From IMG/VR virus record IMGVR_UViG_3300047480_000789: a DNA stretch of 64,000 bases. One strand, given 5' to 3'. Below are positions 10,059 to 18,873 of this stretch, piece by piece (positions within the stretch are counted from its first letter, which is position 1; each line of letters starts with the position of its first letter). A model generated the notes under the pieces. That model made no database searches. It saw nothing but the letters and a program-made list of their open reading frames with translations, and was not told the DNA's origin. This DNA is from an uncultured virus (IMG/VR IMGVR_UViG_3300047480_000789). Lineage: Duplodnaviria; Heunggongvirae; Uroviricota; Caudoviricetes. Position numbers and translations under genes: made by a program.

Positions 10059-12200
10059 TTACGATATCAAACCAAATGTTATTATTAAATTCGTAGCACC
10101 AGAGCTAACTAAACCTGTATTAGTTGAGTTCAAACCGTATATTTTTAATGTTGTAAATAAACCTCCACTATATGTTTGTTCCGCAGCATAACCCGTACTT
10201 GCAACTGCAGTCGGTGATTTAGTCCACACCACACTACCATTAATACCGTGTGTTGTGACATTAACTAATGGTTGTGATTGTAAACCGATAGGTCTACTTA
10301 TACTTAGTGTTGTTCCATCAACTCGACTAAAGACCCATCCCGCACTTTGTAATGTACTTACGTTTTCACCATTTGGACCTGTAACACTTACCAAACCATT
10401 AGGGAACGTGTCCATAACATTTGAACTATATGATAATACAATTTGATAAACTTTAACGGCACCCCCTGAATTACCTGAAGAACCACTTGTTCCTGATGTA
10501 CCATCTGAACCATCAATCCCCGATGTACCCGATGTTCCGTCTACACCCGAAGTACCTGAAGTACCATCAATACCTGAAGTTCCCGATGAACCCGACGTTC
10601 CAGAACTACCATCAAAACCACTAGAACCCGATGTTCCTGATGTTCCTGACGAAAAACCTGCGGGTGACGTACCTGAAGAACCTGAAGTACCTGCAGTACC
10701 CGATGTTCCGTGTGAACCGTCCATACCTGAAGTACCTGAAGTACCATCAATACCTGAAGTTCCCGACGATCCATCTGAACCCGATGTTCCTGAAGAACCA
10801 TTAGTTCCATCAATACCACTTGTACCTGAAGAACCATTAGTTCCATCAATACCACTTGTACCTGAAGAACCGTCAATACCTGAAGTACCTGAAGATCCAT
10901 CTGAACCTGAAATACCTGAAGTACCTGAAGTACCTGAAGTACCTGAAGATCCATCTGAACCTGAAATACCTGAAGTACCTGAAGATCCATCTGAACCTGA
11001 AATACCTGAAGTACCTGATGTTCCATCAGTTCCTACACCTCCACCACCAACAACGGTAACCGTTACATCACCATTACCATTGTTAATTACAGTTGCCCCG
11101 TCAAATGTAATCTGGTCAACACCGTTAACCGTTGTTAAACCATCTGTTACTCTGAGAGTAGATGGACTTCCACTACCACTACCAATCGCACTATATAAGT
11201 TGATTGACCAAGAGTCGTGAGAACTACCTCCACCAAAATCTGTTATTAATAAGTCTAATCGACCTGTATTTTTATTATAAAGTGAAACTCTACCAATTAA
11301 GTAATCTTGAACGTCGTAAGCTGCAATTACCAATTGACCGATACTATATGATAAGTTCGTATCAACAATAAATGTTTGTGTGGTACCAACCAATTCGTCT
11401 ACGTCACCAATTAAAGTAGTAGACGATGTTTGATAGACATTACCTGATGTTCCTGACGAACCTGACGAACCTCTCGCACCCGATGTTCCTGATGAACCTG
11501 ACGTACCGTGATTACCAGAAATACCTGAAGTACCCGAAGTACCACTTGACCCGTTAGTACCATTTATACCGTTCACACCATCAAGACCATTGCGACCCGA
11601 TGTTCCTGACGAACCTGAAGTACCAGCAGTACCTGATGTTCCGTGTGAACCATTCACACCCGATGTACCTGATGTACCGGCAGAACCCGAAGAACCTGAT
11701 GTTCCCGAAGAACCATCAAGACCATTTGTACCACTCGTACCTGAAGAACCCGAAGCACCAGAAGCACCACGAGCACCCGATGTACCCGATGTACCCGATG
11801 TACCGTTACCCGATGTACCTGATGAACCTGAAACACCTGAAGTTCCTGATGAACCTGACGTACCATTATTACCGTCAACACCACTAGTACCCGATGTTCC
11901 ACTAGTACCGTGTCCTGAAGTTCCTGATGAACCTGACGTACCTGAAGCACCACGAGCACCCGATGTACCTGATGTACCGGCAGAACCCGAAGAACCTGAT
12001 GTTCCGTCCGAACCTGATGTACCTGATGTACCGTCAGACCCGTTACCACCACCTAAGCTGTTTATACTTGTGCCAGATATGTAAATGTTATTTGCGTATA
12101 CCGCATTTAACGGGGTAGATTCAGACCCGAGGTCAATAACTGAACCTATTGTTACGTTTTCGGTATTGACCTGTTCCCAATTTATTCGTTGTAATGCCAT
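10059..12200 (-). CDS. Gly-X-X repeat virion/fibre protein
   Basis: Two long GTS/GSS/GID tracts flanking a globular beta-rich domain. Confidence 0.65.
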   Translation of the reverse strand: MALQRINWEQVNTENVTIGSVIDLGSESTPLNAVYANNIYISGTSINSLGGGNGSDGTSGTSGSDGTSGSSGSAGTSGTSGARGASGTSGSSGTSGHGTSGTSGTSGVDGNNGTSGSSGTSGVSGSSGTSGNGTSGTSGTSGARGASGASGSSGTSGTNGLDGSSGTSGSSGSAGTSGTSGVNGSHGTSGTAGTSGSSGTSGRNGLDGVNGINGTNGSSGTSGTSGISGNHGTSGSSGTSGARGSSGSSGTSGNVYQTSSTTLIGDVDELVGTTQTFIVDTNLSYSIGQLVIAAYDVQDYLIGRVSLYNKNTGRLDLLITDFGGGSSHDSWSINLYSAIGSGSGSPSTLRVTDGLTTVNGVDQITFDGATVINNGNGDVTVTVVGGGGVGTDGTSGTSGISGSDGSSGTSGISGSDGSSGTSGTSGTSGISGSDGSSGTSGIDGSSGTSGIDGTNGSSGTSGIDGTNGSSGTSGSDGSSGTSGIDGTSGTSGMDGSHGTSGTAGTSGSSGTSPAGFSSGTSGTSGSSGFDGSSGTSGSSGTSGIDGTSGTSGVDGTSGTSGIDGSDGTSGTSGSSGNSGGAVKVYQIVLSYSSNVMDTFPNGLVSVTGPNGENVSTLQSAGWVFSRVDGTTLSISRPIGLQSQPLVNVTTHGINGSVVWTKSPTAVASTGYAAEQTYSGGLFTTLKIYGLNSTNTGLVSSGATNLIITFGLIS

Positions 12201-12249
12201 TTAAAAGTAAAGTCTTTTACATAAATACTTTTATTATGTTATTACGCAT

Positions 12250-12279
12250 AAAAAAAAGGGGTAAACCCCCTTTTTTTTT
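12250..12279. terminator. Intrinsic terminator
   Basis: A-run, GGGG, TAAA, CCCCC, T-run immediately after the glutaredoxin stop. Confidence 0.75.
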
Positions 12280-12552
12280 CTATATGAATGTTTTTATGAT
12301 TTCAACTATTTCATTTTCATTCTTAAAATCAACTCCAGGTATATAAATTGGTCCTTCGTTTGAATTATTTTTATTAATATAGACAGTTGGTAAAACGTTA
12401 TGTCCTGTTTGTTTTACGACCGAATCCCATATCTCTTTATTTATTGAAATTTCAATATCATTGAATGGTATTTCAAGTTCTGTTAATTTATTTTTTAAAT
12501 CGTAACAATACTTGCATCCATTTAACGTGAATACAACAATTGTATGTTTCAT
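12280..12552 (-). CDS. Glutaredoxin
   Basis: CKYC active site, TGHNVLPTVYIN cis-Pro motif, 90 aa. Confidence 0.85.
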   Translation of the reverse strand: MKHTIVVFTLNGCKYCYDLKNKLTELEIPFNDIEISINKEIWDSVVKQTGHNVLPTVYINKNNSNEGPIYIPGVDFKNENEIVEIIKTFI

Positions 12553-12857
12553 TATAAACTATCTAAAATCTTTATATAAACTGAATCAACGTTTGCACCT
12601 GTTGAACGATTAACTAATTCTTCACCGTTGTAAATCATAACAGTAGGTACTGAACGAATTCCTAATTCTACACAACCTTCTTTATTATCATCAACATCGA
12701 TTGCAACAAATTCAATATCATTGTAATTCGACGACATTTTATCCAATCTAGTTAATAAATGACCACAGGGTACACACCATTTAGCTTTGAAGTCAGCCAA
12801 TATTTTTTTACCTTCTAATTGTAATTGTTTTAGTTCATCAATAGTAATTTCTCTCAT
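12552..12857 (-). CDS. trxA: Thioredoxin
   Basis: DFKAKWCVPC and GIRSVPT motifs. Confidence 0.85.
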   Translation of the reverse strand: MREITIDELKQLQLEGKKILADFKAKWCVPCGHLLTRLDKMSSNYNDIEFVAIDVDDNKEGCVELGIRSVPTVMIYNGEELVNRSTGANVDSVYIKILDSL

Positions 12858-12868
12858 AATTTTTTAAT

Positions 12869-13528
12869 TTAAATATCTAACCACCTTCTACCGTTTTTTA
12901 ATTCGTAAAAAAAACCTTTTCGAATATTTGGGTATAATTGGGTTAGTTCTTTTATTTTTACTCCTAATTTTAATTTATCTTTTATTTCTTTTATTAGGTC
13001 CAATGAATAAATAGATTTATTTCTTTTTGATTCTTTTATTTTTTCTATTCTTTTACTTCTTTCTTCGTTTGTTAATTTATCCCAATGTTTTTTAACTGAA
13101 TCTTTTCTTTTTTCTTTTTGATTTTCACAATTTTTACCATATATTTCTATATAAGTTTTCCCTCTGTGTGATTTTCCTTCTTTTATCTTATTAGAAATTT
13201 TAGCCCTTACTTCATCCGAATGTACATAACCCAAACAACCTTCACCACCCAACGTATTATTTAGTCCGTTTTTGAAAGAATCATATTTTTCAATATATTT
13301 TTTTTCAATTTCATATATAATACTGACATCACATTCTTCTATTAATTCAATAGTAAAATTTTCTTCACCGTATTTTTTTATAGAATTGTAAAGTTTACTT
13401 TTATAATCATTTTTAAAACACCTATAAAGGTGTTCATAATAACGAGTTTCTAAAGTTTTTACTGTGCAACCAATATAAATTTTTTTATTTATTTTATTCG
13501 TTATTTTGTAAATTTTTCCTTTGTCCAT
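12869..13528 (-). CDS. Free-standing GIY-YIG homing endonuclease (Seg-like)
   Basis: GKIYKITN...IYIG, conserved Arg/Glu, GLNNTLGGEG, NUMOD3-like HSDEVRAKIS. Confidence 0.85.
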   Translation of the reverse strand: MDKGKIYKITNKINKKIYIGCTVKTLETRYYEHLYRCFKNDYKSKLYNSIKKYGEENFTIELIEECDVSIIYEIEKKYIEKYDSFKNGLNNTLGGEGCLGYVHSDEVRAKISNKIKEGKSHRGKTYIEIYGKNCENQKEKRKDSVKKHWDKLTNEERSKRIEKIKESKRNKSIYSLDLIKEIKDKLKLGVKIKELTQLYPNIRKGFFYELKNGRRWLDI

Positions 13529-13558
13529 ATGGTGTTTTATAAATAAATACCACCATAT
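13527..13558 (-). promoter_or_regulatory. Hairpin covering the GIY-YIG start codon, with the TATTTATA motif in its loop
   Basis: ATATGGTG (13527-13534) and CACCATAT (13551-13558) form an 8 bp inverted repeat. Confidence 0.7.
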
Positions 13559-13561
13559 TGA

Positions 13562-14632
13562 CTAAAATCCTATTTTACTTTTATTTGACGTTTTTATTAA
13601 TTCTACGTCTATGTTATAAATATCAGCCAAAGTCATTCCTTCCGTCACTTCGTGATCTTTTTCGATATGTTTTAATAATTTATTCGTTTCTTCCACATTT
13701 AATTTACTGAATTTATGTTCAGCAATTAAACGACCCTTTCTAAGTAATGCTTGGTCTATCTTCTCTCGTTTCATATTGAAGGTTGCAACAATTTGAATAC
13801 TTAGACAATCACCCAAAATACCGTCAGTTAAATTAAGAATATTAGACACTCCCGCCGGTGAACCATTACCCTCTCTATCCGAAATAACTCGTTCAGCATC
13901 CTCAATGATGAGGATTGAATTTTTGTGGTCCATCAAAAATGGTATGATTGAAGGTTCGGATAACATCTCAGCCATCGATGGTGGGATGAACAATATGTCT
14001 TTATCTGTGATTAATGAAGTCAAGTGTTTGATGTACGATGTTTTACCAGTACCAGGGTCACCGTGTAATAAAATAATTCCCTTACCGTTATTTTCATTTA
14101 ACTTATCAACAATTACTTTATGTACCTTACTAAATTCGGTGCCATAATTTAATTCTAAATCCATTTGTGGTACAGCTAAGTCATATTCCTCAGTATCCAT
14201 ATGACCCATTTCACTTTTGACCAATTGAATGTTTGATTTTTTTCTTTTTCTTTCAAAAGTTTTAATTTCGTCCATTGGTAATTGTTTTTCCAAATTACCT
14301 TTTTTAAAATCATAAGCAATATCAAGTTGAACTAATGGATCCTTATCTTTAATAACATTTCCCGTAAGTCTAATCATCATTTGTTTTTCGTCATTAACAT
14401 ATAATGATTGTGACGATAAGTCGTAACGCCTATTTGATGAAAATATATTAATATCTTGTTTAAACCCTAATTTATCTACAAGATAATCTATAATTTTTGG
14501 ATCATAAGATAAACTATTAACGAACTTTGAGGGTAATTTATCATAACAAATAACAAAATATTGTTCAATAGGGATTTCGGTACCGTAAACCGTATCATAT
14601 AAAGGATAATCCTTTGGTAGTTTTGTTGACAT
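13562..14632 (-). CDS. AAA+ ATPase (classic AAA clade)
   Basis: Walker A GDPGTGKT, Walker B LIIEDAE, SRH DQALLRKGR. Confidence 0.85.
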   Translation of the reverse strand: MSTKLPKDYPLYDTVYGTEIPIEQYFVICYDKLPSKFVNSLSYDPKIIDYLVDKLGFKQDINIFSSNRRYDLSSQSLYVNDEKQMMIRLTGNVIKDKDPLVQLDIAYDFKKGNLEKQLPMDEIKTFERKRKKSNIQLVKSEMGHMDTEEYDLAVPQMDLELNYGTEFSKVHKVIVDKLNENNGKGIILLHGDPGTGKTSYIKHLTSLITDKDILFIPPSMAEMLSEPSIIPFLMDHKNSILIIEDAERVISDREGNGSPAGVSNILNLTDGILGDCLSIQIVATFNMKREKIDQALLRKGRLIAEHKFSKLNVEETNKLLKHIEKDHEVTEGMTLADIYNIDVELIKTSNKSKIGF

Positions 14633-14652
14633 ATTATATTTTAATTTATTTT

Positions 14653-14970
14653 TTAGTTAAGACATATTTTACCAAAATCACCTAAATCAAAAAATACATT
14701 TTTTTCGATATCTTTTTTTGGTTGTTCAGAGATGTCTTTTTTTGCAATTATCACCGCCTTAACGGTTGTTCTTAATAACTCAAATTGTTCTTTATCTAAC
14801 ATCACTTCACCGTTTTTTTTGTAATTTTTTTGTGAGATTTCACATAAGTGTTTATAGAACAACTCTTCATCTGAATCACCTAAAAAATATTCTTTTGCTT
14901 CAATATTTGTCTTGAGATAATTTTTTACTGTTTGTAAATAAATTAAAACTTCAGGTGAAAATTCTTCCAT
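14653..14970 (-). CDS. Hypothetical protein
   Basis: 105 aa, ATG overlaps the nusG stop. Confidence 0.65.
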   Translation of the reverse strand: MEEFSPEVLIYLQTVKNYLKTNIEAKEYFLGDSDEELFYKHLCEISQKNYKKNGEVMLDKEQFELLRTTVKAVIIAKKDISEQPKKDIEKNVFFDLGDFGKICLN

Positions 14971-15494
14971 TATATTTTTGCAATTTGGTTAAGTGTTAAC
15001 TCAACAGCAGTATTTCTTCCAAAAATTTTAATTTCGAGTTCAACTTTATCTCCTTTCATTTCTGAAATTATACCTTCAAATGTGTTGAATGGTCCCTCAA
15101 TAACGGTAACTTGTTCACCAATAACATATTTTAAACGTTTTGAATCTTCGTGAATTTCCAAAACATCATCCTTTAAAATTCTTTTCACATCACTCTCACG
15201 TAATTCAATAGGAATTCTATTACCACCCATTCCCATTATATTAGGAAATAATGAAATAGTTTTTAATTCATCCTCATTTAATGGTTTAGGTGATTCAAAA
15301 TAAAGATAACCACTATACAAGACCTTTTCTCTAATTGCTTTTTTATTACGTACCACAACCACCTGTTTCTCCGTTGGGCAAACAAATCTCGTAACACTCT
15401 TTATTTTACCCTGAGAGATATTTTTATTAAATTCTTCCGCCAAGGACCTTTCTTTTCCAGGTAATACTTTAACCAAGTACCAATTTGTTTCCAT
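14970..15494 (-). CDS. nusG: NusG-family transcription elongation/antitermination factor
   Basis: NGN motifs WYLVKV..GKE and LYSGYLY; KOW GEQVTVIEGPFNTFEG; IFGRNTAVEL. Confidence 0.9.
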   Translation of the reverse strand: METNWYLVKVLPGKERSLAEEFNKNISQGKIKSVTRFVCPTEKQVVVVRNKKAIREKVLYSGYLYFESPKPLNEDELKTISLFPNIMGMGGNRIPIELRESDVKRILKDDVLEIHEDSKRLKYVIGEQVTVIEGPFNTFEGIISEMKGDKVELEIKIFGRNTAVELTLNQIAKI

Positions 15495-15501
15495 ATAAAT
15501 T

Positions 15502-16344
15502 TTAATAATTTTTAATTAATAGTTCGGTACCCATATTTTGTTTACCGTCCTTCTTCGCAGCCGCAGCCTTTGCAAAATCTTTTTGTTCCCATTTATATTG
15601 ATCTTTAGGAAACCATTCAGATAACTTTGGAAAATCATAATACGATAAACTGAATTTACCTTTAATATTTTTAATACATTCAGCTAAACGTGTGTGGTCA
15701 TTAACATCAAAATCGTGATTCGAATAATAATTTTCAGTCTTCCAATATGGTGGGTCCATATAGAAATATGTTGTTGGCGAATCGTATTTCTCTACCACTT
15801 TTTGGAAATCCAAATTTTCTACAAAAGTTATTTTATCAAAGTGTTGACGGAATTTAGGGTTTTTTAACTTATCCATAAAAATAAGAACTTTGCAACGATA
15901 TTTTCCTTTATAATCCGTATATGCTGCAGTTTCGGGTTTTGAACCTGAAAATATTTGACATAACACGTATACATATTTACCCACAATTTCTAAACTATTT
16001 TCGTCGGTGATAACCAATTCAGGGTCAAATACTTCTTTTTGATATTGATTAAACATTTCAGCATATTCTGGTGGTGTATCAACGACCCCCAATTGTTGGC
16101 AAGGGTATTTAGATAATTCATCCCATAACACATCATATTGTTTAGACCACTTCATAAGATGAGCATTTAAACGATTGTAATCATTATAAACTACCGTTTT
16201 TAAATTTGGAAATTTGGTTAAGTCCATATTAAAAAATACCCAAAACATACCTGAGAAACCTTCAACATATGTCTCAATGTCTGTTGGAATTTGTGGGACA
16301 ATCCATTTACCGATACGAGCCTTACCTCCGATGTAACTAATCAT
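15502..16344 (-). CDS. DNA adenine methyltransferase (Dam/D12 class)
   Basis: YIGGKA, YVEGFSG, VYNDYN and YMDPPY motifs. Confidence 0.85.
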   Translation of the reverse strand: MISYIGGKARIGKWIVPQIPTDIETYVEGFSGMFWVFFNMDLTKFPNLKTVVYNDYNRLNAHLMKWSKQYDVLWDELSKYPCQQLGVVDTPPEYAEMFNQYQKEVFDPELVITDENSLEIVGKYVYVLCQIFSGSKPETAAYTDYKGKYRCKVLIFMDKLKNPKFRQHFDKITFVENLDFQKVVEKYDSPTTYFYMDPPYWKTENYYSNHDFDVNDHTRLAECIKNIKGKFSLSYYDFPKLSEWFPKDQYKWEQKDFAKAAAAKKDGKQNMGTELLIKNY

Positions 16345-16421
16345 TTATTTGTTATTTAATGTTCTATTAAAAATATAGTCAAAAAATTTTAAAAAAAGAA
16401 ATTAATAGTATATATTTTATT

Positions 16422-16577
16422 ATGGGTTGTAAGAATTGTAAGAAGAATAGTAATGAATCATATAAAGACGTATATGAAAAAACTAATGGGTTTCCTAAAG
16501 GAATTGTGTTATTTACTATTCTTTGGACATTGTTAGCAATGTATGGGTTATATTCATTAATAACAAAGTTTATATGA
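16422..16577 (+). CDS. Small CxxC membrane protein, 51 aa (not in ORF track)
   Basis: MGCKNCKK...GIVLFTILWTLLAMYGLYSLITKFI; ATGA overlap with the next gene. Confidence 0.7.
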   Translation: MGCKNCKKNSNESYKDVYEKTNGFPKGIVLFTILWTLLAMYGLYSLITKFI

Positions 16578-17212
16578 AAAATGGAAAGTATTTCATAGTT
16601 CTATTCTGTAACAAGAAAAGAATTAAAATATTCTATAAGTGTATGAAACGTACATCCGTCTATGACTATTGGAGAGAGTATAAGACAGAAAAAAAGCCGC
16701 CATTTGTGAAACAACAAGGTGGTAAAAGAAATCAGGAGCTGGTTTTTGAATTGGCGTTAGTTTTTCCAAATAATCGTTGGGCCACCACAACTTGGGTAAG
16801 GGATAGTTTAGGTAGAAACGAACCGGCACTAATCGAAGGAAATAAATTTCGAATAAAGGAGATAATACCTTATTGGCAAGAAGAATTGATTTATGATTTT
16901 CAAACTAAAAAGAGAATTCGTTATCACGAATTAATCAATCAAATTGTACCAATAAAAGAAATCGCCCAAATATTCATCTTAAATAAAAATCTATTTATAC
17001 AGATTGAAAACGACGTAAAAATGTTTGGTAATAAGAATCTTGAAGATTCGAATCGTTTATTTGAAATAGTTAAAGAGGATTTGGTGAAAAGAAAAATGGG
17101 TAATCTCTTTTTTGTGAAAGATGTAACTACCCATCAACGAACTTTATTGTATAACTTACTTGAGAGTAAGGGTTTCAATAGAAGAGAATTATTTAGACAT
17201 TATTCTTATTAA
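16574..17212 (+). CDS. Hypothetical basic protein (start revised to ATG 16574)
   Basis: MKNGKYFIVLF...; translationally coupled to the upstream small ORF. Confidence 0.7.
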   Translation: MKNGKYFIVLFCNKKRIKIFYKCMKRTSVYDYWREYKTEKKPPFVKQQGGKRNQELVFELALVFPNNRWATTTWVRDSLGRNEPALIEGNKFRIKEIIPYWQEELIYDFQTKKRIRYHELINQIVPIKEIAQIFILNKNLFIQIENDVKMFGNKNLEDSNRLFEIVKEDLVKRKMGNLFFVKDVTTHQRTLLYNLLESKGFNRRELFRHYSY

Positions 17213-17426
17213 ATACTATATCAACCATTCCAATATTAATAGTAAACGTGTCTTCTGGTTTTTCCATTTTTCTACCGTATTTTTTCTGAATAGTATCAAA
17301 TGATTTTTCAAAATCATCATCAGACATTTCTAAAACTATTGTGACAGATTCAGTTTTTGTATTTATTTTTTCCAATAAATCACTGATAATTGCCAATTGA
17401 TTTAATAAATCACCTTTTTTTTCCAT
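17193..17426 (-). CDS. Hypothetical protein
   Basis: 77 aa ORF within the operon. Confidence 0.6.
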   Translation of the reverse strand: MEKKGDLLNQLAIISDLLEKINTKTESVTIVLEMSDDDFEKSFDTIQKKYGRKMEKPEDTFTINIGMVDIVFNKNNV

Positions 17427-17613
17427 ATCCTAATATCTTTAATATCTTATCAATTATAGATATTTTATTTTTTGGTTTTTCTTCGAACATTTTTTTTCTG
17501 TCCAACTTTTTTATATCTTCAATCATCTGTTTCTTGTGGTTCAGAATCTCCATCTGATCCTTCTCCATCTCTTTCTTCAGAAACTCCGTCGCCTGTTGTA
17601 ATCTCTTGTCCAT
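17410..17613 (-). CDS. Hypothetical coiled-coil protein
   Basis: 67 aa, overlaps both neighbours. Confidence 0.55.
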   Translation of the reverse strand: MDKRLQQATEFLKKEMEKDQMEILNHKKQMIEDIKKLDRKKMFEEKPKNKISIIDKILKILGYGKKR

Positions 17614-17974
17614 AATCCTCTAATAGGTTTATATCTTTTAACTTATCTAACGATTCTTTTTTAAATAATTCCTGTAGTTCTTTTACTTTTTGTTGGAATA
17701 ATTTTTGTTTCTCCTCTTCATCTTTATTAATTTGTAATATCTCTAAAGCACAGGCAAAAACAACATCATATCCATCTTGAATTGCGGTTGATACTAAAGA
17801 TAACAAAGTGAATTTTTCGTTCTTATCTTGAACCTTAATTTTAATGGACCTATAAGGTTTAACGATATCTTCGTATCTCCAACTCAATGGTAATTTTATA
17901 TCTAAACTTACATTATTTTCAATCTCTCTTAAAGAATGAAAATGAGGTCTCAATGATTTTATACTTTCAAACAC
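17519..17974 (-). CDS. Hypothetical protein
   Basis: 151 aa, GTG start. Confidence 0.65.
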   Translation of the reverse strand: MFESIKSLRPHFHSLREIENNVSLDIKLPLSWRYEDIVKPYRSIKIKVQDKNEKFTLLSLVSTAIQDGYDVVFACALEILQINKDEEEKQKLFQQKVKELQELFKKESLDKLKDINLLEDYGQEITTGDGVSEERDGEGSDGDSEPQETDD

Positions 17975-17978
17975 GTTG

Positions 17979-18155
17979 TTAAATTAAAATATATGTTATT
18001 ATGTATGATAGTGAAATTATTTGTAAAGTCTGTTCTAACTTTGTTAATTTCATTGGTTCTGGATTTTCTTGTGTAAGTTTCATACTGAACTCAACAATAA
18101 TTCGTAATGAGTATACTATACTTAATACGAAAAAAAATAATTTAATCTGTTCCAT
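17979..18155 (-). CDS. Small two-TM membrane protein, 58 aa (not in ORF track)
   Basis: MEQIKLFFFVLSIVYSLRII...QIISLSYIITYILI; fills the gap in the operon. Confidence 0.6.
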   Translation of the reverse strand: MEQIKLFFFVLSIVYSLRIIVEFSMKLTQENPEPMKLTKLEQTLQIISLSYIITYILI

Positions 18156-18330
18156 CGTGTCTTTTCATTTCTTCCAATATATCCTTACGATACACCGCAA
18201 TTAGTAATTTAATTTCCTGAGCATATTTTCTTGCTCGGATTGATGCGCTACGATTACCCCTATCATAAACTTTTTGAGTATCGACCGACATCTTTTCTAC
18301 TAATTCCTTGATTTGTTTTAAGGTTTCCAT
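18142..18330 (-). CDS. Histone H1-like protein Hc1 family
   Basis: GNRSASIRARKYAQEIK matches the Hc1 signature GNKAA..RARK; 62 aa like Bacteroidetes members. Confidence 0.75.
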   Translation of the reverse strand: METLKQIKELVEKMSVDTQKVYDRGNRSASIRARKYAQEIKLLIAVYRKDILEEMKRHDGTD

Positions 18331-18370
18331 ATTTTTATTCGGTTTTTAATATGAATATATGGAAAAAATT

Positions 18371-18826
18371 TTACTTTTTCAAGTTTTGTTCGAGTAATTT
18401 ATAGATTTCACTTAACATATCTAGTTCCGACCTAGATTTACGATGTTTAAAACTGAATAACACATAGAAATAATCACTAATTCGTATTACGTTATTGTCC
18501 ATTTGATTGTAATAAAACGCCTCAATAAAAAAATTGAGGAAGTATTGGTAAGCACTATCGTGTTCTTTAAAGTGAATTTTTTCTTTACTGAAATTTTCAA
18601 TTGTCTTATCCCAACACCAAGTAAAATGATTTTTTTGATCTTCGTAACTTATCAACACATCCGAACCTAAATATGTGGTATCAATTAACTCATATAATGA
18701 AATAAGAAAGTCGTAGAAGAGATTAATCTTCTCACGACTTATATTATATGCTCGGTACCAAATATCGATTTGTTGTTTGTAACTTTCAGATATTGACAAC
18801 TCTAAATAACTCTCTCTCTCTTCCAT
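18371..18826 (-). CDS. Hypothetical protein
   Basis: 151 aa ORF. Confidence 0.65.
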   Translation of the reverse strand: MEERESYLELSISESYKQQIDIWYRAYNISREKINLFYDFLISLYELIDTTYLGSDVLISYEDQKNHFTWCWDKTIENFSKEKIHFKEHDSAYQYFLNFFIEAFYYNQMDNNVIRISDYFYVLFSFKHRKSRSELDMLSEIYKLLEQNLKK

Positions 18827-18873
18827 ATTCTTTATAATGTAATATAAGTAGAAATGAAAATAAAAAAAAGATA

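Noticed and set aside
1846..12040. CRISPR array or satellite-like repeats
   Set aside because: Repeats are in-frame, 9-nt-periodic and synonymous-variable, with no constant repeat and unique spacer structure and no cas operon; the PD-(D/E)XK nuclease at 32.3 kb is a common phage exonuclease.
1806..12118. Long PEVP-rich plus-strand ORFs and VLQV-rich alternate-frame ORFs
   Set aside because: Shadow frames of the Gly/Ser/Thr repeat codons, which lack stops in those frames; they coincide with the repeat tracts.
1060..12200. Diversity-generating retroelement acting on the fibre genes
   Set aside because: No reverse transcriptase in the window, and the repeat pairs are identical rather than differing at adenines.
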